From Fidelibacterota bacterium (lineage in GTDB: Bacteria; Fidelibacterota; Marinisomatia; Marinisomatales; Marinisomataceae), in contig OZ243041.1 of the NCBI GenBank assembly GCA_965212055.1, positions 320,001 through 384,000 of the forward strand: a stretch of 64,000 nt of DNA, given 5' to 3'. Of this stretch, positions 37,964 through 48,797 are shown one piece after another. Position numbers and translations under genes: made by a program. Under the pieces are notes generated by a model. It was not told the DNA's origin, searched no databases, and worked only from the letters and a program-made list of their open reading frames with translations. The stretch's first letter is position 1, and every line of letters begins with the position of its first letter.

Positions 37964-39421
37964 TTATTTTTTCCTTAATTCTTTATTCAGAACTTCAATA
38001 ATTTTTTTGTGATTTATTTTTCCACCAGAAACTTTCATTATCTTTCCTATAAAATAACCAAGTAATTTTTCTTCCCCATTTCTAAATCTAGAAACTTCGT
38101 CTCGATTTTCTTTAAGAACTGATTGTACAATCTCTTTAATGTTGATTTTTTTGGAATCATCAGCATATTTTCCATCTTTGAGAATTGTTTTAAGAGATGA
38201 TTTAGAGTGGAATAATTTTCTTAAGATATCTTTTCCAGAAGACACTGTTATTTTTTCCGTATTGACTAAAGATATAATTTCTGATAAATCTTTAGGACTG
38301 ATTTTCTTGCTATCAAATAATTTATTTTTTTCATTAAATAGTCTAAATAATTCTCCTGTAATCCATTTATTTGCATCTTTGGGATTTGTATTGACTGAAA
38401 TCATTTTTTCAAAATAGGATGCAATTTCAGCAGTGTTGGATAGAGTCATAGCTTCAATAGATGTAAAATTGTAATTTTTTATCCACCTATTTTCTAAGTC
38501 AAATGGAAGAAGGGGAAGTGATTTTTTGATTGATTGAATTCTTTTTTGATCAACTTCTACTGGTGGTAAATCAGGGTCAGGAAAGTATCTATAATCATCA
38601 GCATTTTCTTTGATTCGCATTACTTCTGCAATATTCTTTTCATTATTCCATGTAAGAGTTGCTTGTTTGACCGATTTTCCAGTCATCAACAATTTATGTT
38701 GTCTTTTTATTTCAGACTCAATTGCTTTTTGTACATTTCTAAAAGAATTAATGTTTTTAATTTCCGTTTTTGTTCCAAGTTTTTTTGAATTTTTCTTCTT
38801 AATGGAAATATTTGCATCACATCTTAACTTTCCTTGTTCCATTTCAGCATTAGATATAAGAATATAATTAACAACTTGTTTAATTCTTTGGATGAAAGCT
38901 CTTGCTTGTTCAGGATGAGACATAACTGGTTCTGTTACAATTTCAATTAAAGGAACACCGCTTCTATTAAAGTCAACCTCGCTTTTATTTTTAGAGAGGT
39001 TGTGAGTTAATTTTCCTGCATCTTCCTCAAGATGAGCTCGTGTTAGATCAATATTATATTTCTTATTATCCCACCAAATTGGGATTGACCCTCCTGTTAC
39101 AATTGGTTTTTCATATTGTGAAATTTGATATCCTTTAGGAAGATCAGGATAAAAATAGTGTTTTCTAGCAAATGAGAAAGATGAATTAATATTTCCCTTT
39201 ACTGCTAAACCAAATTTGATTGCAAAATCAATTGCTCTTTCATTAATAGTTGGCAAAGCTCCAGGCAATCCAAGAGAGGTGGGACATGTTAATGAATTTT
39301 CTGATTTATCATAAGAATACTCACATGAACTAAACATCTTAGAATTTGTCTCCAATTGAACATGAATTTCTAATCCAATAGTAAAATCCCAATCTTTATT
39401 TATTTGACTTATACCATTCAT
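37964..39421 (-). CDS. gatB: Asp/Glu-tRNA amidotransferase subunit B
   Basis: IGLEIHVQL, RKHYFYPDLPKGYQISQ, HLEEDAGK, LRCDANIS, YRYFPDPDL. Confidence 0.96.
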   Translation of the reverse strand: MNGISQINKDWDFTIGLEIHVQLETNSKMFSSCEYSYDKSENSLTCPTSLGLPGALPTINERAIDFAIKFGLAVKGNINSSFSFARKHYFYPDLPKGYQISQYEKPIVTGGSIPIWWDNKKYNIDLTRAHLEEDAGKLTHNLSKNKSEVDFNRSGVPLIEIVTEPVMSHPEQARAFIQRIKQVVNYILISNAEMEQGKLRCDANISIKKKNSKKLGTKTEIKNINSFRNVQKAIESEIKRQHKLLMTGKSVKQATLTWNNEKNIAEVMRIKENADDYRYFPDPDLPPVEVDQKRIQSIKKSLPLLPFDLENRWIKNYNFTSIEAMTLSNTAEIASYFEKMISVNTNPKDANKWITGELFRLFNEKNKLFDSKKISPKDLSEIISLVNTEKITVSSGKDILRKLFHSKSSLKTILKDGKYADDSKKINIKEIVQSVLKENRDEVSRFRNGEEKLLGYFIGKIMKVSGGKINHKKIIEVLNKELRKK

Positions 39422-41676
39422 GATTGATTTGCTATAAGATTTAATGCAGATCCTGCTTTAAACCATGAAACTTGATTATTAGAAAATGTGTGTAAAGTAT
39501 TGATTGCATGTATTGATCCATCTGGTTTTTTTAGAGATAGTTTAATGTTATTTCCTGATTTGAATTCTTTCAAATTAACAGTTGAAATTATATCAAATGC
39601 CTCAATTAAATCATAATCTGATTCATTCTCAAAGATTAAAGGTATAATCCCTTGTTTTTTAAGGTTAGTTTGTGCAATCCTAGCAAAGCTTTTTGCAAGA
39701 ATTATTTTACAACCCATAAATCTTGGTTCCATAGCTGCGTGTTCTCTACTAGATCCTTCACCATAATTTTCATCTGCAATAACTATCCAATTAATATTAT
39801 TTGAATTATAATATTTAGCAACTTCATATATATTTTCTGTTTTTCTGTTGTCTGTATTAATTGCTTCACCGGTAGTTTCTGTAAAAGCATTTAATGCCCC
39901 AGAATACATATTCTGTGATATATTTTCTAAATGTCCTCTGAATCTAAGCCATGGTCCAGCTGGAGAAACATGATCTGTTGTACATTTTCCTTTTGTTTTT
40001 ATAAGTATTCTGAGATCTCCCATTTCTTTATTGTTCCATTTTTCAAAAGGTTGCAATATCTGCAGTCTTTTGCTGTTAGGATTAATAAAAATTTCTTTAT
40101 TAATTTCTGGGACTTCACAAGGATCAAAATCTAATGTTTTAACTTTTGCAAATCCTTTATCAGGCAATTCCGAACCCTCTGGTGCTTCAAATATAAATTT
40201 TTCATCGTTGTCAAGCATGATGCTATCCGAAATAGGATTAAAATCTAATTTTCCTGCAATTGCTAAAGCTGTAACAATTTCAGGACTAGCAACAAATGCT
40301 TCAGTTGCCGCATTTCCATCATTACGTTTTGCAAAATTTCTATTGAAAGAAGTAATAATCGTATTTTTCTCACCATCATTCACATCAGATCTCTTCCATT
40401 GACCGATACATGGTCCACATGCGTTGGCAAGTACTTCTCCACCAAGTTTTTCAAATATTTCTGTATATCCATCACGTTCCATCGTCGCTTTTATCTGATT
40501 TGAACCAGGAGTAATATAGAATTGTGATTTAGTTTTTAAACCTTTGTCTAGTGCCTGTTTTGCAACATGGGCTGCTCTTTCAATATCTTCATATGATGAG
40601 TTAGTACAGCTTCCAATTAATCCAACTTTTAGATTATTTTGATAATTATTTTTTTCAATTGCATTAGGCATTTCTGATATTTTTCTTGAAAGATCTGGAC
40701 TATAAGGACCAACAATATGTGGTTCTAATTCAGACAAATTAATCTCAATTACTTCATCATAATATTTTTCTGGATTATCAAAAACCTCATCATCAGCTTT
40801 TAATTCATCTTTTATTTTTTCGGCCTCCGCTCCAACTTCTGATCGCGATGTTGCAACAAGATATTCATACATTTTTTTATCATATGGAAAAATTGAGGTA
40901 GTTGCTCCAACTTCTGCTCCCATATTAGTAATTGTTGCCTTTCCAGTACAGCTTATACTTTGTGTTCCTTCACCAAAATACTCAATGATTTTTCCTGTAC
41001 CACCTTCTACTGTCAAAATTCCTGCAAGTTTTAATATTATATCTTTTGATGAAGTCCAGTTGTTTAATTTTCCAGTCAGTTTTACTCCAATAATTCCTGG
41101 CCAATTTACTTCCCACAAAGAATCAGTCATTACATCAACTGCATCTGCTCCTCCTACACCAATAGCGATCATTCCTAAACCTCCTGCATTCGGAGTGTGA
41201 GAGTCTGTTCCAATCATTAATGATCCTGGAAAAGCATAATTTTCTAGAACAATTTGATGTATAATTCCTGCACCAGGTTTCCAAAATCCAATTCCATACT
41301 TAGTACATACAGAAACCAGAAAATCATAAACTTCTTTATTTTTAATAATAGCATTATCTAAGTCATCTTTTGCACCATTTATTGCTGTAATCAAGTGATC
41401 ACAATGGACTGTTGTTGGAACAGCTGTGGTTTTCATTCCAGAATTTATGAATTGAAGCAAAGCCATCTGAGCCGTTGCATCTTGCATAGCAACTCTATCT
41501 GGTTTAATAGAACAAAATGATTTTGTTCTATTAGGGATAGATTCAAGCGGTTCACTTAAATGAGAGAAAAGAATTTTTTCAGTATATGTTAAAGGTCGAT
41601 TAAAAAATTCTCTAGCCTTAGGTATTGAATTAATATATTTTGAATAAGTTTCAGTTACTGTTTTTAAATCATTCAT
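39418..41676 (-). CDS. acnA: Aconitate hydratase, mitochondrial-like type
   Basis: DRVAMQDATAQMA, IGSCTNSSYED, ANACGPCIG, KCTTDHVS, YGEGSSREHAA. Confidence 0.94.
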   Translation of the reverse strand: MNDLKTVTETYSKYINSIPKAREFFNRPLTYTEKILFSHLSEPLESIPNRTKSFCSIKPDRVAMQDATAQMALLQFINSGMKTTAVPTTVHCDHLITAINGAKDDLDNAIIKNKEVYDFLVSVCTKYGIGFWKPGAGIIHQIVLENYAFPGSLMIGTDSHTPNAGGLGMIAIGVGGADAVDVMTDSLWEVNWPGIIGVKLTGKLNNWTSSKDIILKLAGILTVEGGTGKIIEYFGEGTQSISCTGKATITNMGAEVGATTSIFPYDKKMYEYLVATSRSEVGAEAEKIKDELKADDEVFDNPEKYYDEVIEINLSELEPHIVGPYSPDLSRKISEMPNAIEKNNYQNNLKVGLIGSCTNSSYEDIERAAHVAKQALDKGLKTKSQFYITPGSNQIKATMERDGYTEIFEKLGGEVLANACGPCIGQWKRSDVNDGEKNTIITSFNRNFAKRNDGNAATEAFVASPEIVTALAIAGKLDFNPISDSIMLDNDEKFIFEAPEGSELPDKGFAKVKTLDFDPCEVPEINKEIFINPNSKRLQILQPFEKWNNKEMGDLRILIKTKGKCTTDHVSPAGPWLRFRGHLENISQNMYSGALNAFTETTGEAINTDNRKTENIYEVAKYYNSNNINWIVIADENYGEGSSREHAAMEPRFMGCKIILAKSFARIAQTNLKKQGIIPLIFENESDYDLIEAFDIISTVNLKEFKSGNNIKLSLKKPDGSIHAINTLHTFSNNQVSWFKAGSALNLIANQS

Positions 41677-41832
41677 TTTTACTCAACAAAAATAACTAAA
41701 TTTACTTAAAAAAAAATGGAAATAATATTAGCATCTTTTAATTAAAAAGATTGACGGGTGTTATCATAATATTGTAGGTTTTCTGTTAAGGAAGTTTAAA
41801 AGTAGTGAAATCGAAAGAATATTAAAAAAATT

Positions 41833-42636
41833 ATGATTTTTTACTCACATTATAAGAAGATAAGAAGAGAACATAAAATTTCTCTAGAAGACATAAGTCG
41901 TAGAACAAAGATTGATGTCAAATATATAAAAGCACTTGAATCTGGAAAGTTTATTGAAGTTCCTAGTGTATATTTAAGATTATTTTTCAAAGCTTATATA
42001 AAAGAGATTGGTTGTGATGTTGATGAAGCCATTGATAGTCTAGATGATTTTTTAAATAAGAAAAAAGAAGGAAGAATTATTGATTCTCAGTATAAACCAG
42101 AAAAAAAAGATATTTTTAATATTCAATTATCTGATATACAAAGATCTAATGTTTTAATTGGTTTTATATTTATTATAGTTTTAGTGGCCATTATTACACT
42201 GCAAAATAGGCCCACTTCTTCGGTATTTGACAAAGAGGAATCTTTGCGACTAGATCAGAATGATCTAGAATCCCTTTATGAAATTAATTCTGAAGACTCT
42301 TTTACTGAAGACTTAAAGTTTCCTATAACCATTCGTTTCGAATCATCTGATGAGAATTATATTTATTTTTCCGATGGAAATTCTGAACAAGAATATTTTA
42401 TCTGTGATATTTGTGATAAAGGCCAATCTGATGTTATTGAGAAAAAATGGGATGGAGATAATAAAACAATCATAATAGGAAATACTAATGATATAAAATT
42501 AATTTTATATTCTAAATCTCAATTTGGATCTCCTGTTGATCTTTCTACTCGCATCGCAAATAGTTTTCCAGTTGTAGTGAATCTAGAGTCTGGCCCTACG
42601 GTAGTTTCTGTAATAAAATATATTCCTAGTAGATAA
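41833..42636 (+). CDS. RodZ-like protein (N-terminal HTH, TM helix, periplasmic domain)
   Basis: ISLEDISRRTKIDVKYIKALESG...YLRLFFKAY HTH pattern; one TM segment. Confidence 0.75.
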   Translation: MIFYSHYKKIRREHKISLEDISRRTKIDVKYIKALESGKFIEVPSVYLRLFFKAYIKEIGCDVDEAIDSLDDFLNKKKEGRIIDSQYKPEKKDIFNIQLSDIQRSNVLIGFIFIIVLVAIITLQNRPTSSVFDKEESLRLDQNDLESLYEINSEDSFTEDLKFPITIRFESSDENYIYFSDGNSEQEYFICDICDKGQSDVIEKKWDGDNKTIIIGNTNDIKLILYSKSQFGSPVDLSTRIANSFPVVVNLESGPTVVSVIKYIPSR

Positions 42637-42701
42637 ACTATTACCCACTTTCTATTTTTTTATAGTTTTGGTCTAATTAAATATCTTTTTCAATAAACTT
42701 A

Positions 42702-42730
42702 TTGACTCAGATATGTCTTCTTATTAAGAT
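42702..42730 (+). promoter_or_regulatory. Putative sigma70 promoter of the dcw cluster
   Basis: TTGACT (42702-42707), 17-bp spacer, TAAGAT (42725-42730). Confidence 0.6.
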
Positions 42731-42732
42731 AG

Positions 42733-42750
42733 GTGGTGAATTGTGGGTAA
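42733..42750 (+). promoter_or_regulatory. Putative MraZ-binding repeats
   Basis: GTGG at 42733 and GTGGG at 42743 (10-bp period) just upstream of mraZ. Confidence 0.65.
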
Positions 42751-42765
42751 TTTTCCCTTTTTATT

Positions 42766-43224
42766 ATGAGTAGCCAATATACATTTATAGGAGAATATAA
42801 TTTTGTAGTTGATTCAAAGAACCGAGTCAATATTCCTTCTCCATTCCGACAACAACTTAAAAAAAGTGATAAGAATACATTTGTTTTAACAAGAGGTATT
42901 GATTCATGCATATGGGTATATCCTTTAAGTGAATGGAAAAAAATTGAAATTGAATTGAACCAATTATCTTCACTATCCACCACCAATCGTATTTTTTTAA
43001 GAAACCACTTAAGACATGCAAGAATGGCTTCATGCGATGATCAAGGAAGGGTAATTTTATCAAAACAATTAATTAAATATGCAAAAATTGTTAAAGATTT
43101 AACAATTATTGGTGTTTTAAATAAAGTTGAAATTTGGGATAAGAGAACCCTTATCTTCAGCGATAAGAAAACTGTTGTTGATGATGATTCTTACGAAGAA
43201 CTCTCCAAGAAAGTAACTGTCTGA
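42766..43224 (+). CDS. mraZ: Division/cell wall cluster transcriptional regulator MraZ
   Basis: DSKNRVNIP and DDQGRVIL repeats; first gene of the dcw cluster. Confidence 0.95.
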   Translation: MSSQYTFIGEYNFVVDSKNRVNIPSPFRQQLKKSDKNTFVLTRGIDSCIWVYPLSEWKKIEIELNQLSSLSTTNRIFLRNHLRHARMASCDDQGRVILSKQLIKYAKIVKDLTIIGVLNKVEIWDKRTLIFSDKKTVVDDDSYEELSKKVTV

Positions 43225-44111
43225 TGAATTCTATTCCGACAGAAAATCATGGTCATTTTCCTGTAATGTTGTCGGAAACAATTAATAATCTAAATATTCT
43301 AGAAACTGGGTTTTATATTGATGGAACTGTTGGCCTCGGTGGACATTCTTATAAAATTTTACAAAATTTAAAAAATGGATTCTTAGTTGGTTTTGATAGG
43401 GATTCCAATTCAATTAGAATTGCACGAAATAAATTAAGTGATTTTAAAAATTTTGAATTATTCCATTCAAGCTATAAAGATTTAGAAAATGTTCTTTCTA
43501 AACTGAAGATTACCAAAGTGAATGGTATTTTTCTAGATCTTGGTCTTTCTTCTTTTCAATTGGATAGTCCTTCCAGAGGATTTTCATATAGATATAATTC
43601 AAGATTAGATATGAGATTTGATTTAGATAATCAACAAACAGCAGAAGATGTTATTGCAAATTCTTCAGAAAGAGAATTAAGGATAATTTTGAAAGAATTT
43701 GGAGAAGAAAGAAATGCATTCCGAATCGCAAGAGCTATTAAAGAATCAAAAGAAACAATAAACACTGAATCGTTAACAGATATTATAAATAGACTGACTC
43801 CTTATAAATATCGTATTAAGACGCGTGCAAGAGTATTTCAAGCTTTAAGAATTAAAACCAATAATGAATTAGCACATTTAGAGTCATTTCTAGATGTCTT
43901 TATAGATTTCCTTGAGCTTAAGGGTAGAATTGTAATTATTAGTTACCATTCTATGGAAGATCGAATGGTTAAAAATAGGTTTAAAGAGTTAGGTCGAAAT
44001 AAGCAGCTTCAGATCTTATCAAAGAAACCATTTATTCCAACTGATGAAGAGATTACATCAAATAAAAGATCAAGAAGTGCAAAAATGAGAGTGGGAGAAA
44101 AAATTGGCTAA
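43224..44111 (+). CDS. rsmH: 16S rRNA m4C1402 methyltransferase
   Basis: HFPVM, DGTVGLGGH, DLGLSSFQLD, LDMRFD, ISYHSMEDR, RSRSAKMR. Confidence 0.96.
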   Translation: MNSIPTENHGHFPVMLSETINNLNILETGFYIDGTVGLGGHSYKILQNLKNGFLVGFDRDSNSIRIARNKLSDFKNFELFHSSYKDLENVLSKLKITKVNGIFLDLGLSSFQLDSPSRGFSYRYNSRLDMRFDLDNQQTAEDVIANSSERELRIILKEFGEERNAFRIARAIKESKETINTESLTDIINRLTPYKYRIKTRARVFQALRIKTNNELAHLESFLDVFIDFLELKGRIVIISYHSMEDRMVKNRFKELGRNKQLQILSKKPFIPTDEEITSNKRSRSAKMRVGEKIG

Positions 44112-44427
44112 ATCGAAGAAGAAAAAAAGATTAACTATAGCTCAGATTGAAAGAAGGGATAATTACAAGTGGGGGGCAATGTTTTTAATAGTTTTTGTAA
44201 GTGTTTATATATATCTAGCGAGTTTCCTAGAGATGGATAAAACACAATCACATATTGATATCCAATTAAAAACATTGAATTTATTGAAAGAAGAATTGGC
44301 TTTAACAGCTAATAAAGTTGAAAAAATGAAAAGATCTGACGCACTATCAAAAAAAGCAAAAACAATTGGTCTTGTTGATAGTAAGCCAGAAACAATTATA
44401 GTAAATACAAAGTTAAATAATGACTAG
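44104..44427 (+). CDS. ftsL: FtsL-like cell division protein
   Basis: Basic N-terminus, TM helix, coiled coil; located between rsmH and ftsI. Confidence 0.65.
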   Translation: MAKSKKKKRLTIAQIERRDNYKWGAMFLIVFVSVYIYLASFLEMDKTQSHIDIQLKTLNLLKEELALTANKVEKMKRSDALSKKAKTIGLVDSKPETIIVNTKLNND

Positions 44428-46342
44428 AAGCTTTCTAAATTTTAAGAATAGAATACGATTTTTAAGCAGTATGCTATTAATCGTGGGAATACTATTCATT
44501 TTTAGACTGTTTGATTTACAGATTGTAAATGCAACTGATAAATTGCAAGGTTTCAGACAAGAAAATGTTGAAGGGAAAAGAGGAAATATTTTTGATAGAG
44601 ATGGTGGACCCCTTACACAGAATTTAACATTTTATGAAATTGGTATTCATCCTGAATATCTCAATGATAAGAAAACACTTTTAAAAGATCTATCAGACTG
44701 CACTGGTAAAGATATAGATTATTATGAAACCAAGCTTCTTAATACTAATAAATCTTATATAGTTTTAGAGAAGAAAACAAAGAAAAATTGTCGAAATCTG
44801 ACAAAAAAATATCCAGAAATATTAAAAATAGAAAAAGATTATAAAAGATATTACCCACAACAGGAATTATTTGGTCAGATTGTTGGATTTACAGATACTG
44901 ATGATAGGGGAATAGAAGGTTTAGAATATCAATATGATAAACATTTGAAGGGAAAATCCACGTCAAGGGCATTTAAAATAAACAATAGAGGAAAAAGAAT
45001 CTCTGATCCAACACTGAATTCTGAAGATCCTGAAGACGGCTCAGATATATATTTAACACTTAACAAGGAATATCAAGCTATTCTAAGAGAAGAATTAATA
45101 AATCAAATGGAAAAAACTGAGGCAATTGGTGCTATGGGTATCATTATCGATCCTGAAGATGGTAGAATTTTGTCAATGGTTAGCATACCTGACTTTAATC
45201 CGAATTTTCAGCGAGAATTTGAAGCAAATTATAAAAAAAATAGAATTGTCTCAGATTTAATTGAACCAGGATCCACATTTAAGATTGTTACTATTGGTGC
45301 TGCTTTAGAGGATGGTATTAAACCGCTTCAAGAGTATAATGTTGAAGGTCCATATGATTTCCATGGAATAAAGATGGTAGAAGATTATGAACCTAATACC
45401 ATATTAACAATGGAAGAAATCTTGATATACTCAAGTAATATTGGAACAATTAAAATTGCTGAAGAATTAGGAAGAGATCGTATATATAATAAAGCTAAAG
45501 AACTTGGTTTTGGTTCAAAAACTGGTTTAAGTCTTTATGGGGAACCTAATGGAACACTTAAAGATACAAAGAAATGGACCCTTTCTAGTATGCACAGTAT
45601 TCCAATAGGATATGAAGTTTCTGTCACTCCAATTCATGTGGTAATGGCATATGCATCAATCGCAAATGGAGGTTTTTTATTGAAACCATATCTCGTTGAT
45701 AAAGTTATAAAGAATGATAAGACAACTCTTAATAATAAAAAGAGAGTTAAAAAACGTGTTTTATCACAAAGTAATGCTGAAACTTTAAAAAATATATTAT
45801 TCAAAACTATTAATATTGGTTCTGGTCAAAAAGCTTATTTAGAAGGTTGGGATATTGTTGGAAAAACAGGTACTGCAAAAAAATTAGAAACAGATGGTGA
45901 ATATTCAGAATCTAAATTTTTATCAAGCTTTGTTGGATTTTTTCCAAAAGATAATCCTCAATTACTTGCATTGATTATAATAGATGAACCTTCAACTTCG
46001 GATAATCAGCATTTTGGAGGAGTTTCAGCAGCACCTGTTTTCAAATCGGTGATGAATCGAATTATCAATATTGATCCAAGTATTAAAGTGGATAAAAAAA
46101 GAGAAACAAAAAACATAAACGGAAAATTAAAAAAATCAAATCAAGTTTTAATTCAAAAAAATATAGAATTAGTAGTTGTTCCTGATTTAAAAGATAAAAA
46201 TGTAAGAGAAGCAATACAGATTTTGAAACTACGAGGCATAAAACCTCAGATTACTGGTTCTGGTAGAATAGTATCCCAGTCTTTGGAACCTGGAACAAAG
46301 GTGCCAAAAAATTCAATTTGCGAACTAGAAGCTAAAATATGA
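44420..46342 (+). CDS. ftsI: Class B penicillin-binding protein FtsI with C-terminal PASTA domain
   Basis: RGNIFDR, GIEGLE, EPGSTFK, SSN, KTGT. Confidence 0.93.
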   Translation: MTRSFLNFKNRIRFLSSMLLIVGILFIFRLFDLQIVNATDKLQGFRQENVEGKRGNIFDRDGGPLTQNLTFYEIGIHPEYLNDKKTLLKDLSDCTGKDIDYYETKLLNTNKSYIVLEKKTKKNCRNLTKKYPEILKIEKDYKRYYPQQELFGQIVGFTDTDDRGIEGLEYQYDKHLKGKSTSRAFKINNRGKRISDPTLNSEDPEDGSDIYLTLNKEYQAILREELINQMEKTEAIGAMGIIIDPEDGRILSMVSIPDFNPNFQREFEANYKKNRIVSDLIEPGSTFKIVTIGAALEDGIKPLQEYNVEGPYDFHGIKMVEDYEPNTILTMEEILIYSSNIGTIKIAEELGRDRIYNKAKELGFGSKTGLSLYGEPNGTLKDTKKWTLSSMHSIPIGYEVSVTPIHVVMAYASIANGGFLLKPYLVDKVIKNDKTTLNNKKRVKKRVLSQSNAETLKNILFKTINIGSGQKAYLEGWDIVGKTGTAKKLETDGEYSESKFLSSFVGFFPKDNPQLLALIIIDEPSTSDNQHFGGVSAAPVFKSVMNRIINIDPSIKVDKKRETKNINGKLKKSNQVLIQKNIELVVVPDLKDKNVREAIQILKLRGIKPQITGSGRIVSQSLEPGTKVPKNSICELEAKI

Positions 46343-47682
46343 ATCTAAAGAAAACAAATATTAGTATTATCGGATTAGGTGATAGCGGTTATTGGTCTGC
46401 TAAGCTAGCATCATTACTTGGGGCTAATGTATTTGTCTCTGATTCAAAAGAAAATATTAATGAAGATTATATCCAAGATCTAACCGATTTAAATATAAAA
46501 GTTGAACTCGGAAATCATTCAAAAGAAGTCTTGAATTCAGATTTAATAATCAAATCTCCTGGAGTTCCTAAAAATATAGAGATTTTGCAAGAAGCTAAGA
46601 AAAATAATATCCAGATTATTGGTGAAGTTGAATTTGCCTATAGATTTTCTAATCTAGAATTAATTGCTATTACTGGAACTAATGGAAAAACAACTACAGT
46701 TAGTTGTTTACACAAAATATTATCAAAGAAATTTAATGTTATCAAATCTGGAAATATTGGTATTCCTTTCTCAAAGATTGTTTATGAAGAGAATAAGAAT
46801 ATGATCACAGAAAATGATTTTTGTATTCTTGAATTATCTAGTTTCCAAACTGAAGATATACAAGAATTGAAACCTAAGATAGCACTTATCTTAAATATTA
46901 CAGAAGATCATTTAGATCGATATGATGATTTTACAAGTTATTGTAAGTCAAAAATGAATCTACTCAAAAACATGGGTAAAGATGATTTGGTCATATATAA
47001 TTGCGATGATGAAATAATATCGAAAGAAATCAAAAAAATAAATGTTCCTTGTATAAGCTATTCTTTGAATAAAGAACATAGTCAATTTTATTTAGAAGAT
47101 AATAAGATAAGATCTTCTTCTAATGAAAATTTTCTTTTGACAGATGATTGCAAATTAAAGGGTATACATAATATTTCAAATTTCATTGGTATTGCTACCA
47201 TTGCAAAAAAATTGAATATAAATGATCAATTAATTTTCTCTTCTTTAAAAGAGTTTGAAGGTTTGGAGCATAGATTTGAATTTGTTAACGAGATTAATGG
47301 TATAAAATTTATTAATGATTCTAAAGCAACAAACATTTCATCAGTAGAAGTAGCTATAAAATCTATTGGAAAGAATGTTCTTCTTATAATGGGTGGATTA
47401 TCAAAAGACTCAGATTTTTCTAAAATTTTACAATATCATAGTGCAATCAAATTAATAATAGCATATGGTATGGCAGCAAAAGATATTACAGCTTCTTTAT
47501 CCTCTTCGATACATGTAATAGAACAAAATAAGTTTAAAGATGCTGTTGATAATGCTTTTGCTTTAGCAAAAGAAGGAGATTCTGTTTTAATGTCACCTGC
47601 ATGTGCAAGTTTTGATCAGTTTGATAATTTTGAACATAGAGGCTCTTTCTTTAAAGAAATTGTTAACGGATATGCATCATGA
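46339..47682 (+). CDS. murD: UDP-MurNAc-L-Ala:D-Glu ligase
   Basis: KSPG, ITGTNGKTT, ELSSFQ, DHLDRY, NDSKATN, SPACASFDQF. Confidence 0.96.
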   Translation: MNLKKTNISIIGLGDSGYWSAKLASLLGANVFVSDSKENINEDYIQDLTDLNIKVELGNHSKEVLNSDLIIKSPGVPKNIEILQEAKKNNIQIIGEVEFAYRFSNLELIAITGTNGKTTTVSCLHKILSKKFNVIKSGNIGIPFSKIVYEENKNMITENDFCILELSSFQTEDIQELKPKIALILNITEDHLDRYDDFTSYCKSKMNLLKNMGKDDLVIYNCDDEIISKEIKKINVPCISYSLNKEHSQFYLEDNKIRSSSNENFLLTDDCKLKGIHNISNFIGIATIAKKLNINDQLIFSSLKEFEGLEHRFEFVNEINGIKFINDSKATNISSVEVAIKSIGKNVLLIMGGLSKDSDFSKILQYHSAIKLIIAYGMAAKDITASLSSSIHVIEQNKFKDAVDNAFALAKEGDSVLMSPACASFDQFDNFEHRGSFFKEIVNGYAS

Positions 47683-48797
47683 AAATTAATATTAAAGAGA
47701 AAAAACAAGATAAATGGTTACTTTGGACGGTTGTTTTCCTAGTTACTCTTGGTTTGCCAATGCTTCTTATTGCAAGTTCCCCTGAAGTAGGTTATTCATA
47801 TTTTCTTAGACAGGCTGCAAAACTTGTTCCTGGAGTATTAATACTGCTATTTATGTCCTATTTTAATTATAGACATCTCCAAAAGTTGGCTTGGTTTTTA
47901 ATGGGTACTTCATTTTTTTTATTATTGTACACAAAACTTCAAGGAGATTTTAGATGGATTTCCATTGGACCAATCTCATTTCAAGTTGCCGATTTTGCCA
48001 GATTCTCAGTAATAGTATTTTTAGCTGACTATATTGATAAAAACTATAAAAATATGAATCAATTTCTTACAGGAATTGTTTTTCCAATTCTTGTTGTTTC
48101 TCCAATTGCTCTTTTAATATGGAGTCAGCCTGATTTATCTACTGCAATGGTGCTTATGGCCATTGTTTTTTCGCTATTATTTGTTGGTGGGACAAGATTA
48201 GTACAGTTTTCTACCACAGTTTTATTAGCGGGAAGTTCTTTCTTAATATTTGCTCTTAATAGAGGAAATTATTGGACAGATAGAATAGTTGACTTTGCAA
48301 ATGGAATTCTAGGTATTGCATCTAGCGATAATTCAGCAACAGTATTCCATGCAACGCAAGCAGAAATTGCACTTAATCAAGGCGGTCTATCTGGAATGCT
48401 TGGAGCAGGCACACAAAAATTAGGATATCTACCAGAACAATATTCAGACTTTATTTTTGCAATTGTTGGCGAAGAGCTTGGATTCATAGGTACTACAATT
48501 CTCATTGTTGCCTATATGATTATTTTTTATCGAGTTATACAGATTGCAAAAAATTCAAATGATATTTTTGGAATAATCTTAACTATCGGTTTTGGATTAA
48601 GTATTACTTATTATGCCTTCGTTCATATTGGATATGTTGTAGGCATGCTTCCTGTGACTGGAATTCCTCTTCCTTTTATCAGCCATGGTGGATCGGCTTT
48701 AATAATGAATTTATTGATGATAGGTATTCTTTTAAATATTAGTAAAGCTCAACGAAAATTAAATGTTAAAGAATGGAGACCTCGCATTGGTACGTAA
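47679..48797 (+). CDS. ftsW: SEDS peptidoglycan polymerase FtsW
   Basis: RWI, QPDLST, LPEQYSDFIFAIVGEELG, TGIPLPFISHGGS. Confidence 0.94.
   Translation: MKINIKEKKQDKWLLWTVVFLVTLGLPMLLIASSPEVGYSYFLRQAAKLVPGVLILLFMSYFNYRHLQKLAWFLMGTSFFLLLYTKLQGDFRWISIGPISFQVADFARFSVIVFLADYIDKNYKNMNQFLTGIVFPILVVSPIALLIWSQPDLSTAMVLMAIVFSLLFVGGTRLVQFSTTVLLAGSSFLIFALNRGNYWTDRIVDFANGILGIASSDNSATVFHATQAEIALNQGGLSGMLGAGTQKLGYLPEQYSDFIFAIVGEELGFIGTTILIVAYMIIFYRVIQIAKNSNDIFGIILTIGFGLSITYYAFVHIGYVVGMLPVTGIPLPFISHGGSALIMNLLMIGILLNISKAQRKLNVKEWRPRIGT

Noticed and set aside
37964..39421. gatB without adjacent gatA/gatC
   Set aside because: Dispersed gat genes are common, so this is not informative from one window
41677..41832. 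Longest intergenic region as a possible ncRNA or riboswitch
   Set aside because: Very AT-rich with no stable stems seen; adequately explained by divergent promoters (TTGACG at 41751)
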